This document shows positions 9,933 to 21,028 of a DNA stretch of 64,000 nt, piece after piece. The DNA comes from an uncultured delta proteobacterium (GTDB lineage Bacteria; Desulfobacterota; Desulfobacteria; Desulfobacterales; QNYZ01), in assembly GCA_963845145.1 (NCBI GenBank), contig CAWJQU010000005.1, forward strand, positions 1,312,001-1,376,000. Reading direction: 5' to 3'. Position 1 is the stretch's first letter; each line of letters begins with the position of its first letter. The translations under genes and the position numbers were made by a program. Below the pieces are notes generated by a model. That model searched no databases, was not told the DNA's origin, and saw nothing but the letters and a program-made list of their open reading frames with translations.

Positions 9933-10364
9933 ATGAACTTCAAAATAACACCATTTGATAATGTCAAACACAGAGAACGGGTCATTTCATTATGGGAAGA
10001 GGTGTTTGGTTACGAAGCAGACCACAACTTGCCGAGTTTGGTCATTGATAAAAAACAAGATGTTGAGGACGGGCTGTTTTTCGTTGCCGAGACTGACCAG
10101 GGCGTCGTCGGCACGGTCATGGCAGGTTATGACGGCCACCGGGGTTGGATTTACTCGGTGGCGGTTTCACCCAAATACCGTAAACAGGGTTTGGGGTCAC
10201 AATTGCTCTCTTTTGCCGAAGAAAAGCTCTCGGAAAAAGGGTGTATCAAAGTCAACCTTCAAATCATGGACGGCAATGAGCCGGTTCAACAATTTTACCT
10301 TTCAAATGGGTACCAAACCGAAAAAAGAATCAGCATGGGAAAACGGCTGGTTGCAACCAATTAA
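9933..10364 (+). CDS. GNAT acetyltransferase (YpeA-like)
   Basis: GTVMAGYDGHRGWIY, RKQGLG, GCIKVNLQI. Confidence 0.9.
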   Translation: MNFKITPFDNVKHRERVISLWEEVFGYEADHNLPSLVIDKKQDVEDGLFFVAETDQGVVGTVMAGYDGHRGWIYSVAVSPKYRKQGLGSQLLSFAEEKLSEKGCIKVNLQIMDGNEPVQQFYLSNGYQTEKRISMGKRLVATN

Positions 10365-10443
10365 CCAAGGTGTCAGAACAATATCATTTTTGCATGGAAT
10401 ACAATAAAGGGTTGAAATAAACAATCCAGGGAAGGCTTAGACC

Positions 10444-11595
10444 TTGGTGGCCAATACCTATCTTCGCTTGCAGATCATTGTTTTTTCGCTGGTAGCCGCG
10501 TCGTTTACCAACATCTACATCACCCAACCCGTACTGCCCATTTTGCAAAAGACGTTTTCAGTGGATATGGTGTTCGCCTCGTTTAGTGTATCCGCTGTAA
10601 TTTTAGGGATCGCCCTGTCTAATCTTCCCTTTGGCTATTTAGCGGATCGCTTCCCGATTCATCCAATCATTCTGATGGGGGGATTACTGGTTGCGCTTGC
10701 CGGGCTGCTTTGTGCGGTAACAACGAATATTTGGATCCTGATCGCCGCCCGCTTTATACAGGGACTATTTATCCCATCGCTAACCACCTGCCTGGCGGCC
10801 TACCTTGCTAAAACCCTGCCTGTGGACAGGCTCAATGTGGTCATGGGTTCCTATGTGGCGGCTACCGTTCTGGGCGGGTTATGCGGACGTTTGCTCGGGG
10901 GATGGATCCATCCCCCGTCGCAGTGGCGTTACGCGTTTGTTTCGGCCGCAATATTGACCTTACTGGCCACCTTTATTGCCGTGCGCGGACTACCGAAGCC
11001 GAAAAAACAGAACCGCCGCCAAGAAGATTCAACCGGCATTCTTTCGCTATTGAAACGATGGGACATACTCCGCATTTACCTTTGTGCCATGGGTAGTTTT
11101 GCTATTTTCTCATCGGTTTTTAATTATCTCCCCTACCGATTGACCGCGCCACCCTTTAACTTTTCCACCCAGATGGCCACCCTGTTATATTTGGCCTATG
11201 TCGTCGGCATTTTTATGGGGCCGGCGGCGGGGAAAATGAGTAATCGCTTTGGAAGTGGCAATACCCTGCTTTTTGGAAGTGCTGTTCTGGCCGTGGCTTT
11301 ATGGTTGTTGATAGTGCCTTCCGTCATGGCTGTTATTGTGGGACTGATGGCTATTTGCGCCGGCTTTTTTTCTATTCATGCAGCGGCGGTGGGGGCACTC
11401 AATAGAAGGCTTTCAAGCGGCCAGGGACAGGCCAATGCGCTTTATGTGATGTTGTACTACTTGGGTGGCTGGCTTGGCATTACCGGTACGGGTATGGTTT
11501 ACAAGCTTGGTGGGTGGAATGCTTTTATCTATATTTCCCTGATGCTTTTGGTAATTCCCATCGGTGTTGGTATCACTGAATACTTAGATCGGTGA
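10444..11595 (+). CDS. MFS transporter (YnfM-like)
   Basis: About 12 hydrophobic segments; YITQPVLP, GYLADRF. Confidence 0.88.
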   Translation: MVANTYLRLQIIVFSLVAASFTNIYITQPVLPILQKTFSVDMVFASFSVSAVILGIALSNLPFGYLADRFPIHPIILMGGLLVALAGLLCAVTTNIWILIAARFIQGLFIPSLTTCLAAYLAKTLPVDRLNVVMGSYVAATVLGGLCGRLLGGWIHPPSQWRYAFVSAAILTLLATFIAVRGLPKPKKQNRRQEDSTGILSLLKRWDILRIYLCAMGSFAIFSSVFNYLPYRLTAPPFNFSTQMATLLYLAYVVGIFMGPAAGKMSNRFGSGNTLLFGSAVLAVALWLLIVPSVMAVIVGLMAICAGFFSIHAAAVGALNRRLSSGQGQANALYVMLYYLGGWLGITGTGMVYKLGGWNAFIYISLMLLVIPIGVGITEYLDR

Positions 11596-11740
11596 ACGCA
11601 AAGATCGGGTTTAGGTAACGATTTGTAATAGTCTATTTTTATCGTGTCGCTTGGCTAACGGCTTGTAAAGTGATTTTAAGATATTAAAATATAAATGAGT
11701 ACATATTGGTTTGATTGTCTTTATAAAAAAGGAGAACTTC

Positions 11741-12193
11741 ATGCGCTGGTTTTCGATATTATTGGTAACGATATTTTACGTTTCGCCTGTTTTGGCCGAA
11801 GATAATGGCCTGGTGACGGTTAAAAGTGTTCACAGTGTACAGCAGACGGGCGATCGATTAGAGTCTGCTTTAAAAGGCAAGGGCATGACGGTTTTTGCCC
11901 GGATTGATCACGCCCAAGGGGCTAAAAAGGTGGATAAGGAATTGCGTCCCACTCAGCTGGTGATTTTCGGAAACCCCAAAGCAGGCACGCCCTTGATGCA
12001 GTGCGCCCAAAGTGTTGCCATCGATCTTCCCCAAAAAGCCCTTATCTGGGAGGATAAAAATGGAGGTGTCTGGCTGTCATATAATGACCCACAGTATTTG
12101 GTAAAGCGTCACGAGATATCGGGTTGTGACAAAGTCATCGCCAATATTACCAAAGCACTGGGCAATTTTGCGAAACAGGCAACGACTCCCTAA
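11741..12193 (+). CDS. DUF302 domain exported protein
   Basis: Signal peptide; FARIDH, FGNPKAGTPLMQ, DLPQK. Confidence 0.88.
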   Translation: MRWFSILLVTIFYVSPVLAEDNGLVTVKSVHSVQQTGDRLESALKGKGMTVFARIDHAQGAKKVDKELRPTQLVIFGNPKAGTPLMQCAQSVAIDLPQKALIWEDKNGGVWLSYNDPQYLVKRHEISGCDKVIANITKALGNFAKQATTP

Positions 12194-12201
12194 GCGTTCA
12201 A

Positions 12202-12250
12202 TAGATCCGGATCAGTCTATGCCCGGATCAGTATAGACCCGGATCAGCCG
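12202..12250. repeat. 3 x 16-bp tandem repeat (core CCGGATCAG)
   Basis: tagatccggatcagtc tatgcccggatcagta tagacccggatcagcc. Confidence 0.7.
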
Positions 12251-12506
12251 AAAGGGCGTTGATACCGATCTTTAAATTCAGCCATTGTGAAAGTGTGGAC
12301 CTGGGTGCCCGCTTTTTCGACAGTATCGCCGGAACCATCGGTAATAAGTGCTACAAGATACCGGGAGAGCCCGGCACATCTCCTCAACACTGCATTGAGT
12401 GGGGGGCGCTCGTCTACGAATCCGAATACCTGTTCGGATCTTCCGAGAAGATTGCCACGGCTTTTTTAAAATACACCGCTCCCGGCGAAGACGCTCGGTT
12501 TCCCAT
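12244..12506 (-). CDS. small hypothetical protein (about 87 aa, one frameshift)
   Basis: GGAGG + ATG at 12506 (MGNRASSPGAVYFKKAV...), continuing in a second frame (...GFVDERPPLNAV...FKDRYQRPFG*). Confidence 0.35.
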
Positions 12507-12820
12507 GGTGGTATTCCTCCCACAGCCTCATAGAACTTATCTGTTTGGTGTGTCCACTATTTTGAGACGAGCCAGGTATTTAAAATATGGTGGCAGGAGC
12601 CGATATTTCCAAATTTTCCGTATCAACTTACAACACTAATTATATCGTGGTTAAACACCATCAGATTTCAAAGGCATTGTCGACATTAAAGAAAAGCGGA
12701 TATGAGCTTAAATAACTTCTTATGTTACCCCCGATTTAAAAGGTGAATGAGGATATGGCTTTGATATATTGAATTTTAAGCCCATCCGCAGAATCCTACC
12801 AGCCACTTTGGCCGGTAAGC

Positions 12821-12849
12821 TTGACAGGTAAGGCGATTTTCAATATGGT
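12821..12849 (+). promoter_or_regulatory. sigma70-like promoter
   Basis: TTGACA-17 nt-TATGGT upstream of ATG 12890. Confidence 0.45.
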
Positions 12850-12889
12850 TTCCGCTCAGATTAGGTTCAAATATCTCGGCGGAGTCTTT

Positions 12890-13513
12890 ATGCGGCAGTT
12901 TTTTATAACCCTTTTTACGCCGCTGGCTCGGCGGTTTGGGTGGGTTCATCCCAACACACTTACGATTCTCTCTCTCATTACGGGCGTATTAGCGGGAATT
13001 GCTTTATTGGCAACTCATCTTCACCCTGCCTTCTTTATTATGGCAGCCGCTATGATTGGTCTTTCGGGCACCTGTGACAGCCTGGATGGAATTATTGCCC
13101 GAATGAATCATCAAACGACCCAAATGGGTGATTTCCTCGATCATTTTTTTGATCGTATCGTAGAAATCTTTATCTTTGTGGGTTTATCCTTGTCACCCGG
13201 GGCAAATACCATTTTCGGACTTCTCGTGATCGTTCTGATTTTGTTAAACGGATATCTGGGGACACAGATCGAAGCCTCATTCGGTCAACGGTATTATGGT
13301 GGTGGCGGCAAGGCGGAACTCTTTGTCGCTTTGGTACTGGGTTGTTTCATGCTCGGTTTTTGGCCAGGGATCTCATTAAAACTCGGTCAATTGAAAATTA
13401 CGGTAGAGAACCTCTTTTTTGCGGGCCTTTGTTTGGCTACAGTGATCAGTCTCGTCAAACGCTTACTCTATGTCCGCCACCATTTTGTTGGCGAAATCGC
13501 AGGGCGAAAATAA
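12890..13513 (+). CDS. CDP-alcohol phosphatidyltransferase family protein
   Basis: HPNTLT and DSLDGIIAR...GDFLDHFFD signature. Confidence 0.92.
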   Translation: MRQFFITLFTPLARRFGWVHPNTLTILSLITGVLAGIALLATHLHPAFFIMAAAMIGLSGTCDSLDGIIARMNHQTTQMGDFLDHFFDRIVEIFIFVGLSLSPGANTIFGLLVIVLILLNGYLGTQIEASFGQRYYGGGGKAELFVALVLGCFMLGFWPGISLKLGQLKITVENLFFAGLCLATVISLVKRLLYVRHHFVGEIAGRK

Positions 13514-13514
13514 A

Positions 13515-14393
13515 ATGGAGGTCTCTCAGATTGCGGTTCGCACGGTGGTGTTATGGTCACTTTTTCCAGTTCTCGCCATACCGATCGGATTGCTTTTTCG
13601 GCACAAAGGATCCAACTGGTTTTCGTCTCGTGTTTATATATGGTTTTTTATCATTCCTGTTTTTCTTTGCTCAGCCTATGTGGACGCATTTTATTTTTTA
13701 GCACTAATGGTCATGAGCGGTATGGTCGCTATTTTCGAACTGACAACCCTGGAGCGTCGCGGGACCTTTTTACCCGTAATCTATCTATTGACGCTTGTGC
13801 TGGCAGTACCTTGGCTCTTTTGGGCACAGTTTGACCTAACTTATCCATGGGTGCTGGGAAGCAGTTTTGTCCTTCTCTCAGGGCTGCTGGTTCTAATTTC
13901 CATTGGCTATAACACCCCTTTACAGCTTCCCGCCCTTGCGATCCTCCTGGGCGCCTCTCTCTCATTTTGGATTTTGCTTCGAACCCTGCCAAACGGTTTC
14001 CGGTTTGTCCTCTTCGCTTTTTCAGTCGTGGTACTCAACGACATGATGGCATCTTTAGGCGGCAAATTATTGGGGCGCCGGCATCCTTTTCCCAGGCTAA
14101 GTCCTCATAAAACCATGGCTGGATTTATTTTCGGGACAATCGGCGGGGTACTGGCGGCGTATTTATTCTGGTTTGCACTATATGAATTCACTTTTTTTGA
14201 GATCACCATTGCCGGTATCCTGCTCTCGATAACCGCACCTGCCGGGGACCTGTTTGCATCCTTTATTAAACGATATTATGGCGTCAAGGATTTTGGCACC
14301 CTGTTCGGCCGGATGGGCGGTATGCTTGATCGTATGGATTCACTGCTACTTTCCGGATGGGTGTTTTTTATGTATTTGCAAATCTCTACCTAA
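13515..14393 (+). CDS. phosphatidate cytidylyltransferase (CdsA-like)
   Basis: SPHKT, GDLFASFIKR...KDFG...GGMLDRMDS. Confidence 0.9.
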   Translation: MEVSQIAVRTVVLWSLFPVLAIPIGLLFRHKGSNWFSSRVYIWFFIIPVFLCSAYVDAFYFLALMVMSGMVAIFELTTLERRGTFLPVIYLLTLVLAVPWLFWAQFDLTYPWVLGSSFVLLSGLLVLISIGYNTPLQLPALAILLGASLSFWILLRTLPNGFRFVLFAFSVVVLNDMMASLGGKLLGRRHPFPRLSPHKTMAGFIFGTIGGVLAAYLFWFALYEFTFFEITIAGILLSITAPAGDLFASFIKRYYGVKDFGTLFGRMGGMLDRMDSLLLSGWVFFMYLQIST

Positions 14394-14577
14394 TTGACAC
14401 TCGAATGGCTCGCTTGAGCGCCCTGATAAAGACCGGCTTAATCCATTTTGGGTTCTTACGATTATTACGGTTACGATGGTCTTTTGGCGTCCATAGAATT
14501 TTATTTTTGGGAGCGGCTTGCCTGCTTCGACTAAACCAACCTGAATAATTCAGTCGTTTCAAACAACCCCACTTTTT

Positions 14578-15981
14578 TCAAAAACGATAGGATACATTTA
14601 AAAACAGTCGGTCATTGCTACCGATGTTTTCCATCAGGTAGTTATTCCCACCTTGATATATGATAACCCCTGTGCCGATGGATAAACGGTCGGTGAGTGC
14701 GTAGGTAGTGGCAAAACGGTACAGGGCACCATTTGAAAAGTCGAGGCCAAGATTATAAGTATAAAAAGATAGCTTCAGTAAATCATGAAAAAAATGACGA
14801 GATAGACTTAACGCCCAGACCAAGCCATGTTCTTCCGGCAACCCATCCGTTTCAGATGTTGGCAAATCCAGGTTGTATAGATACCGGTAGAGAAGCTCAA
14901 AGGTGATAAAGGTGTGCCTAAATCCTGTGTACTCGACGCCAAACAAGGTATCTATTTGAGATACTTTCTGATTGGGTAGGGCATAAAATTGTCGATTGTC
15001 ACTATAAGCTGTTTCCGCTTTGAGTAGCCAACTTTCAAAGACGCGATCCAATGATATCCCTACGAGGTGGTGACGGTTTACACGCCGTAATGAAATATCC
15101 TCAGTTAATCCGATCAAAGGCTGTTCATCGAGAAATGAGGCTAGGGCCAGGTTGATACCCAGGCCGTTGATCAAGCCACCGGCAAATAACCCGTAGCTTT
15201 GATGGTCTAACCCTGTTTCAATGTTTTCCACCGGGGGTAGATTGAAGGTAAATGGATAAAAATCACTACCGTAAGGAGGGTATTTATCAGTTCGAAATTC
15301 GTGGGTTGCTATTCCAGTAAAACGCCAGTGGTTATGAGAAAAATCAACACGGCTCATGCCTACGGGTAGGAGATAATAGTCAATATCGACCAGCCCCGGC
15401 TTTCGCAAATCCACAGGATTGAGGTGATCAATTACGGGAAGCAGGCTCGCCTTTCCAAGCGACACAATTTGTCGGCCGATTTTTAAGTCTAACTTTGACG
15501 TCAGGTGGCCGGTCAAATATGCTTCGTCAATTGATAGCTCATCCCCATACGCATCCCGAATTTCCGAGTTGTATTTCTCTATACCGTTAAAGCGAAAAGC
15601 AAAATCATAATATCCATGACCACGGATCAAACCACTCAGTCGATTCCGATAGCGGGCTTCTATGCCCAGATCCAGGATGGGTTTGAAACTGGTAATCCCG
15701 TGGAAGTCTGTGTTATTGGAAAAAGAAGAATGCGCACGGAGGGCATAGATGCTTTCAAATCGCAGTGATCCAAAAACATGACTGGAAAAAGGTGTGGCAG
15801 TTTTGGTTTCAGATGGGCTATCCGTAGGTTCCGATGGTCTAAGCGTTGGGAGCGCGGGTCCGGGGAGATCAAATCCCTCTAAAACCGCATCGGTGTCGAC
15901 CTGGTTTTCAGCCGCGATACCAACCACAGAGGAAATGGTAAGAATAAAGCAATAAAAAAAAATAAAAAACGCGCGAGTCAC
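14578..15981 (-). CDS. outer-membrane beta-barrel protein (DUF1302-like)
   Basis: Signal peptide, KIGRQIV, NPVDLR, terminal YRF; context. Confidence 0.75.
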   Translation of the reverse strand: MTRAFFIFFYCFILTISSVVGIAAENQVDTDAVLEGFDLPGPALPTLRPSEPTDSPSETKTATPFSSHVFGSLRFESIYALRAHSSFSNNTDFHGITSFKPILDLGIEARYRNRLSGLIRGHGYYDFAFRFNGIEKYNSEIRDAYGDELSIDEAYLTGHLTSKLDLKIGRQIVSLGKASLLPVIDHLNPVDLRKPGLVDIDYYLLPVGMSRVDFSHNHWRFTGIATHEFRTDKYPPYGSDFYPFTFNLPPVENIETGLDHQSYGLFAGGLINGLGINLALASFLDEQPLIGLTEDISLRRVNRHHLVGISLDRVFESWLLKAETAYSDNRQFYALPNQKVSQIDTLFGVEYTGFRHTFITFELLYRYLYNLDLPTSETDGLPEEHGLVWALSLSRHFFHDLLKLSFYTYNLGLDFSNGALYRFATTYALTDRLSIGTGVIIYQGGNNYLMENIGSNDRLFLNVSYRF

Positions 15982-16075
15982 GTTACAGCCCCGGATATAA
16001 TCATTATGATAGAACGCTTGGCAAGATCAGAAGCTGCCTCCTACTTTAAAACAAAATAGTAGTGATTCCTTCAAA

Positions 16076-16912
16076 TCACAACCCTTGTTCAAGCCGTTGA
16101 ATGGTAAAGAGTTGTTTGGGAAAGGGCTGGTTAAAAGCGATGGAATTAATGCGTAAAACAGTTTGATGTAAAATTTTCTTCTTTTTTACCGTTTTTGCGT
16201 GTATTTCCATGGGAACCCAAATGTGGTCAATCAAGTCGAGCTGTTTGACCTCGATATATTTTAAGGTGTCCTTCCCAGATAACCAATGGACGGCACGAAT
16301 GGTCACATAATTATCCTTACGGATCAAAAACAATGATTTTGAATATCCGTAATCCCGCATTATTTCACCATCTTTGGGTGTTGCCTCGATAATCCAAACC
16401 GGATGGGTTCCGATCTGCGAATCTTTAATAAACCGATAAGTAAAATTAGTTGGCACCTGGGTCGTCAAATCAGCATGGGAGAAATCAGAACCCATGAAAG
16501 AACCACCATTGCTTTCCGAAGCAATACGTTTGGTTTTGTGGTAGGAAGGCAGGAAAATCCACTGAGCATCTTTTTGATCCTGATCTTTATAGTCATCTAT
16601 TAAAAAAGCAGTGTTTCGGACATCCGCAGGCTCTATAAAGAAAAGAAGTCGCTGCCTTTTCTCGTGATCCTCTCTGGTAAGGCTTTTGATTTTACGGATG
16701 CGTGAACTCCCGCTATTGCCGATAAGTATCATTTCGACAATGCTATCGATATTATTACCTTTAGGGCGTAAATATACCTGGTCCATAATCTTAATAATAT
16801 CTGGCGCGGGGGGCTCCCCAATCTTCGGGTCAGAAAGTGCTTGGCAGGGTGCCAAGATTTGAAAAGATACAAGCCCGACCAGAACAAGCGCTATTAGCAT
16901 GGATGGCTTCAC
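16076..16912 (-). CDS. outer membrane lipoprotein-sorting (LolA-like) protein
   Basis: PADVRNTAFL, QWIFLP, KRI, SFMGSDFS; GTG start overlapping the MMPL stop. Confidence 0.88.
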   Translation of the reverse strand: MKPSMLIALVLVGLVSFQILAPCQALSDPKIGEPPAPDIIKIMDQVYLRPKGNNIDSIVEMILIGNSGSSRIRKIKSLTREDHEKRQRLLFFIEPADVRNTAFLIDDYKDQDQKDAQWIFLPSYHKTKRIASESNGGSFMGSDFSHADLTTQVPTNFTYRFIKDSQIGTHPVWIIEATPKDGEIMRDYGYSKSLFLIRKDNYVTIRAVHWLSGKDTLKYIEVKQLDLIDHIWVPMEIHAKTVKKKKILHQTVLRINSIAFNQPFPKQLFTIQRLEQGL

Positions 16913-19331
16913 TTGGCTTTTTCTCCTCCATAGGCGCACGCCATGATCGCCGGAGCCAGCAGGAAATCTGAAAGCAATGCTAGTATAATTGTTATGCCGG
17001 TTATCAGGCCAAAGTTTTGAAGGCTTGTGATTGTTGAAAATAGGAACACGGAGGCGCCAACCGTAAGGACCATGCTAGTCGTCAGCATTGCGTGACCAGC
17101 GGTCTGCATGGTCATGGAAACCGCCTGGGACACATCATTTGTGATAGAATGATAACGGTGAAAATGATACATAAAATGGACTGTATCGTCAACCGCTATT
17201 CCCAGCGCAATACTACCGACCAACATAGTGTACATATCCATGGGCATCCCTATCCACCCAATAATTCCGATGGCGATAAAAATGGGAAGCAGATTCGGAA
17301 GCATGCTCAAACATCCAATTTTAAATTTTCCGATAAGCAGAATCATCATCAATGTGATGGCCACTCCAGCCAGCACATAACTTTTGATCATGCTTTGCAT
17401 GGTGGCATGTAATGTTCTGGCCAAGAGGGGAATGTTACCGGTGATGGTAATTTTTGCCAGGCCGGAAAAGATTTTCTGGCACCGATTTTCGATTTTTTCA
17501 ATAAAGCGGCCATAGGAAACTGCATCGACCCAGGGCGCATAGAGTGTCATGCGCCCGATGCGATAACTGGTGTCTACCCATTCATTGGGAAAATTGGGGG
17601 ATCCGGTTTCAAGCAGCAACAACTCCTGGGCGAGCATTTTTGGGTCGTCCGGAATCCGATACGCTTGGTCCTTGTTGTTATTTAAGGACCAATGGGCGTG
17701 TTTTATCATATCGGCTATAGATGCGGTATTTCCGACTGTAACTTCCTGGGTTGAAAGGGCATCCAAATTACCCTTTAATTGGTCAAGGCGCTGAAGGATT
17801 TCAAGTGATTTAAATCCATCATCACGCTCAGTATCCACCATTATTTCAACATTGATCAGCCCCTTTAAATGTTTATCAATGATCTCAGTGGAACGGCGGA
17901 TGGGCGTGTTTTCCGGCATCCAATGTAGCGGATTATGGCTTAACTTGAGTTTTGCAATACCGACAAAAGCGATGGAGAGTATAAGCACACTACCGAAAAT
18001 GATAGACTTGGTGTGGGAAACCGAGAACCTAGCGAACCAATCAATAATAATACGCATACCGTTTTGGATTCGCCTTCGGCCGCTTACATGGCTGATCTTG
18101 ATAGGGATTATGGATAGAAGGGCTGGCAAAAAGATTATTGCATATAAATAAGATAGTAGTACCCCCAACCCCGCAAAAAGACCGAGATCTGCAACCGGAG
18201 CAACGTCAGCCATTGAAAAAGAAAAAAGCCCGGCGGCCGTGGTTAAACTGGTAATGGTAATTGCAAAACCGGAGTGGCTCAGTGTGGATGCAATGGCCTC
18301 CTGGCGGGAGGCACTTTTTTTTGGTAGATATAAAAAAGAGTCATCACATGAACGCAGGCCCCGATCCCTACCGCCATCAAAAAGGAAGGTAGTATGGTTG
18401 TTGGCGTTTTCATGGGACGGTTAAAAAGGGCCATCAACCCCATCGTGGACGCAATTGAGCTAAAAACGACAATAAATGGCAAGATAACCCCCGAAAGCCG
18501 GCGCAACAATAGGAAAAGAACAAGCGCGATGGCAATCGTGGAAAAACTGATAAAACGAAGGGTATCGTGTTTTATCGTCTGTCGTACAAATTGATTATAA
18601 ATAGGCAGACCCGTGGGATAAATTTGGAAGTTCTTGTCCTGATGTTCGTTGACAATTGTATGAACGGCATTGACGACCTCATCAATTTTTTCTTTTCCAA
18701 GGGTAATGGGTTCGGTAGCGAGGTTTTGATTTGAATTCGACTCGATAAGATCGGTGTCAAACACCGATAGAATATCTTCTTCTAATCCCTTGCTGACGGG
18801 GTCAGCCTGACTGTCGATGGATAATGTGAGGATGGCAAAGAGTTCATCATGGGTATAAAATCGGTTCCTGTATAGAGGGGCGGTGCGAATAAAGTTGAGG
18901 GTGTAGTTGAATGCTTCGGGGGTTTCGGGCCACGAATCTAGGAGTGTGTTCACAATAATACTATCTTTGTCACTTTTGAAAATAGGCGCTGACAAAATGC
19001 TACTTACATTTTGAGTGTAGGGGACTCCTGATGCGAGGGAGTTGTGCAGGGCGCGAAGTTTTTCCAAAAAGGGTGCTGAAAAAATGTTTGGAGAACGGAT
19101 ACCTAAAACAATTCGTTCGTCTGAGCCGAACAGGTTTTTAAATTTTTTATAAGCAATTAGGGATGGATCGTTATCTTTGAGATAATACTCAATCGAGGAA
19201 TCGACACGGATCTTCATCAAGGGTAAGCAAAGCAGAATGACCAATGCGGTCATGCCGCTGATGACCAGAACATCATGTTTGGTTACTATTTTGGCCAGTT
19301 GACCAAAAAAATGCTCGAAAAACGTACGCAT
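16909..19331 (-). CDS. MMPL/RND-family exporter (frameshift at homopolymer near 18315-18340)
   Basis: ORFs 18279-19331 and 16909-18213 join into one MMPL; GIAVDDTVH motif. Confidence 0.88.
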
Positions 19332-19351
19332 GAGGAAATCAGGGGCCTCTT

Positions 19352-20278
19352 TTATCCAAAGTGAGCACGATATCGGGCGTTGAACTGGCCCAAAGAAAAA
19401 GAATGGGCTTGGGTCCCCTGTTTTTCCACGGCATAACTCGCGCAAACCGTTCCCATGCGGGCGGCATCAGCCAATGGTTTTTTCTCGATAAGTCCTTTGA
19501 TGAGGCCAGCGCGAAACGCGTCCCCGGCGCCAGTGGGATCGACTGCATCAGAAACGGGAACCGATTCGATAGGGATTTCGGATTGGGTGGTTCGAATCAC
19601 TGATCCATCGGCACCGAGTGTCGTGATAACCGCTTCGCATTGATTGAGAAAATCGTCATTACTCATACCGGTCGCATTCTTGATCAATTCCAACTCATAT
19701 TCATTTGAAATTAAATAATGGCATCCCTTGATCATGGTCTTAAGGGCCTCACCTGTCAACGCAGGTATCGCCTGGCCGGGATCGAAAATATAGTCAACAC
19801 CGTTTTCTTTATAATACCGACTGTAAATTTGCATGTCATCGAGATTTCCGGGGGCTACAATGGCCATGACGTCACCGGGATCGATGAAGTTAAATTTATA
19901 ACGCGAAGGATGTTGCATGGCACCGGGATTAAACGCAGTAATCTGATTGTCTGATTGATCCGTGATGATGTAGGCACCCGGCGTGAGGGTCTCTTTCATG
20001 CGACGGATTCCTGCGGTAGATAGGCGGCATCGGTCCAGCCAGCTTTCATAGCGGTCGAAATCGCTACCGGCTGATGCGAGAATAACCGGTTTTTCCTCTA
20101 AGAGAGAGAGGGAATAAGCAATATTGCCAGCCGTTCCGCCGTATTTTTCAACCAATCCGTTCACCATGAAGGCGACATTTAAATTGTGAAGTTGATTGGG
20201 TAGAATATGATCTTCAAATTTTCCCGGGAAATCCATGATACGATCATAAGCCACGGATCCGGATATGTAAATTTGCAC
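19352..20278 (-). CDS. PfkB-family carbohydrate/nucleoside kinase (adenosine kinase-like)
   Basis: GGTAGNIAY, FDPGQ, DPTGAGDAFRAG. Confidence 0.92.
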   Translation of the reverse strand: MQIYISGSVAYDRIMDFPGKFEDHILPNQLHNLNVAFMVNGLVEKYGGTAGNIAYSLSLLEEKPVILASAGSDFDRYESWLDRCRLSTAGIRRMKETLTPGAYIITDQSDNQITAFNPGAMQHPSRYKFNFIDPGDVMAIVAPGNLDDMQIYSRYYKENGVDYIFDPGQAIPALTGEALKTMIKGCHYLISNEYELELIKNATGMSNDDFLNQCEAVITTLGADGSVIRTTQSEIPIESVPVSDAVDPTGAGDAFRAGLIKGLIEKKPLADAARMGTVCASYAVEKQGTQAHSFSLGQFNARYRAHFG

Positions 20279-20304
20279 GCGTTTTTCCTTCCAGGCGATG
20301 ATAT

Positions 20305-21012
20305 TCAGAAAACATCACCCATGTTGGGATTCAATGCTTTTAAAAGCGGTACCATCAATTGCCGGTGTTCGGGTGGAATCATCAAGACAGTCAGGGGACG
20401 GTTGGTAATAAGGCCGTCGGTAATGTTTGTGTGCTTTGCTAATTGATAATCATCGCGGTTATTTTCATTCGACAAATAGGTAAGCACATCAGTTAAATTA
20501 CCGGTCAAGCCGTCCTGGTCGATATGCTCAGTAAATTGCATCAAAACATTATTCATCGAAAGCTTAAACGGATCCATACTGGCATAGCCGGTCTCACGGC
20601 AATCAACGGTGGAAACCATGGTTCGACAGGCCAACGGGCGAACGGCGTATACTGCACAGATGTTGTCCCTTAAGAAAGGGCATACACCCGGAGCAGGATC
20701 TGATTCCTCTTCTGAAGGCTCGATATTATTAATGCAATGTTGGGCTAATGCGTTAATGGTGAGTTTTGGTCGAAATAGAGATTGTTTTTTTAAGGCAGGT
20801 ACTTGGTCCAGCAAATTTGCCTGTTTCGTTTGGATCAAATGGGAAATGAGTTGATATCCCTCCAGTGTCGTCATCGTTACATTTAAGGTGCAACAGGTGG
20901 CACATCCTTGATGGCAAAACAGGTTGCGGCCATCCAACTTGCGGCCATCAAGGGCATCTCGTAAGACACGATAAATTTGGGCTAAGGCGGCAAGCTTTAC
21001 TTTCGTAGACAT
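20305..21012 (-). CDS. YkgJ-family cysteine cluster protein
   Basis: CxxGCxxCC; CPFL...C.VY..RPxxCR. Confidence 0.85.
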   Translation of the reverse strand: MSTKVKLAALAQIYRVLRDALDGRKLDGRNLFCHQGCATCCTLNVTMTTLEGYQLISHLIQTKQANLLDQVPALKKQSLFRPKLTINALAQHCINNIEPSEEESDPAPGVCPFLRDNICAVYAVRPLACRTMVSTVDCRETGYASMDPFKLSMNNVLMQFTEHIDQDGLTGNLTDVLTYLSNENNRDDYQLAKHTNITDGLITNRPLTVLMIPPEHRQLMVPLLKALNPNMGDVF

Positions 21013-21028
21013 TCAAAATCACCGGACA

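Noticed and set aside
12259..12639. Plus-strand 126-aa ORF
   Set aside because: TTG start without SD and no motifs; the minus-strand reading has better signals.
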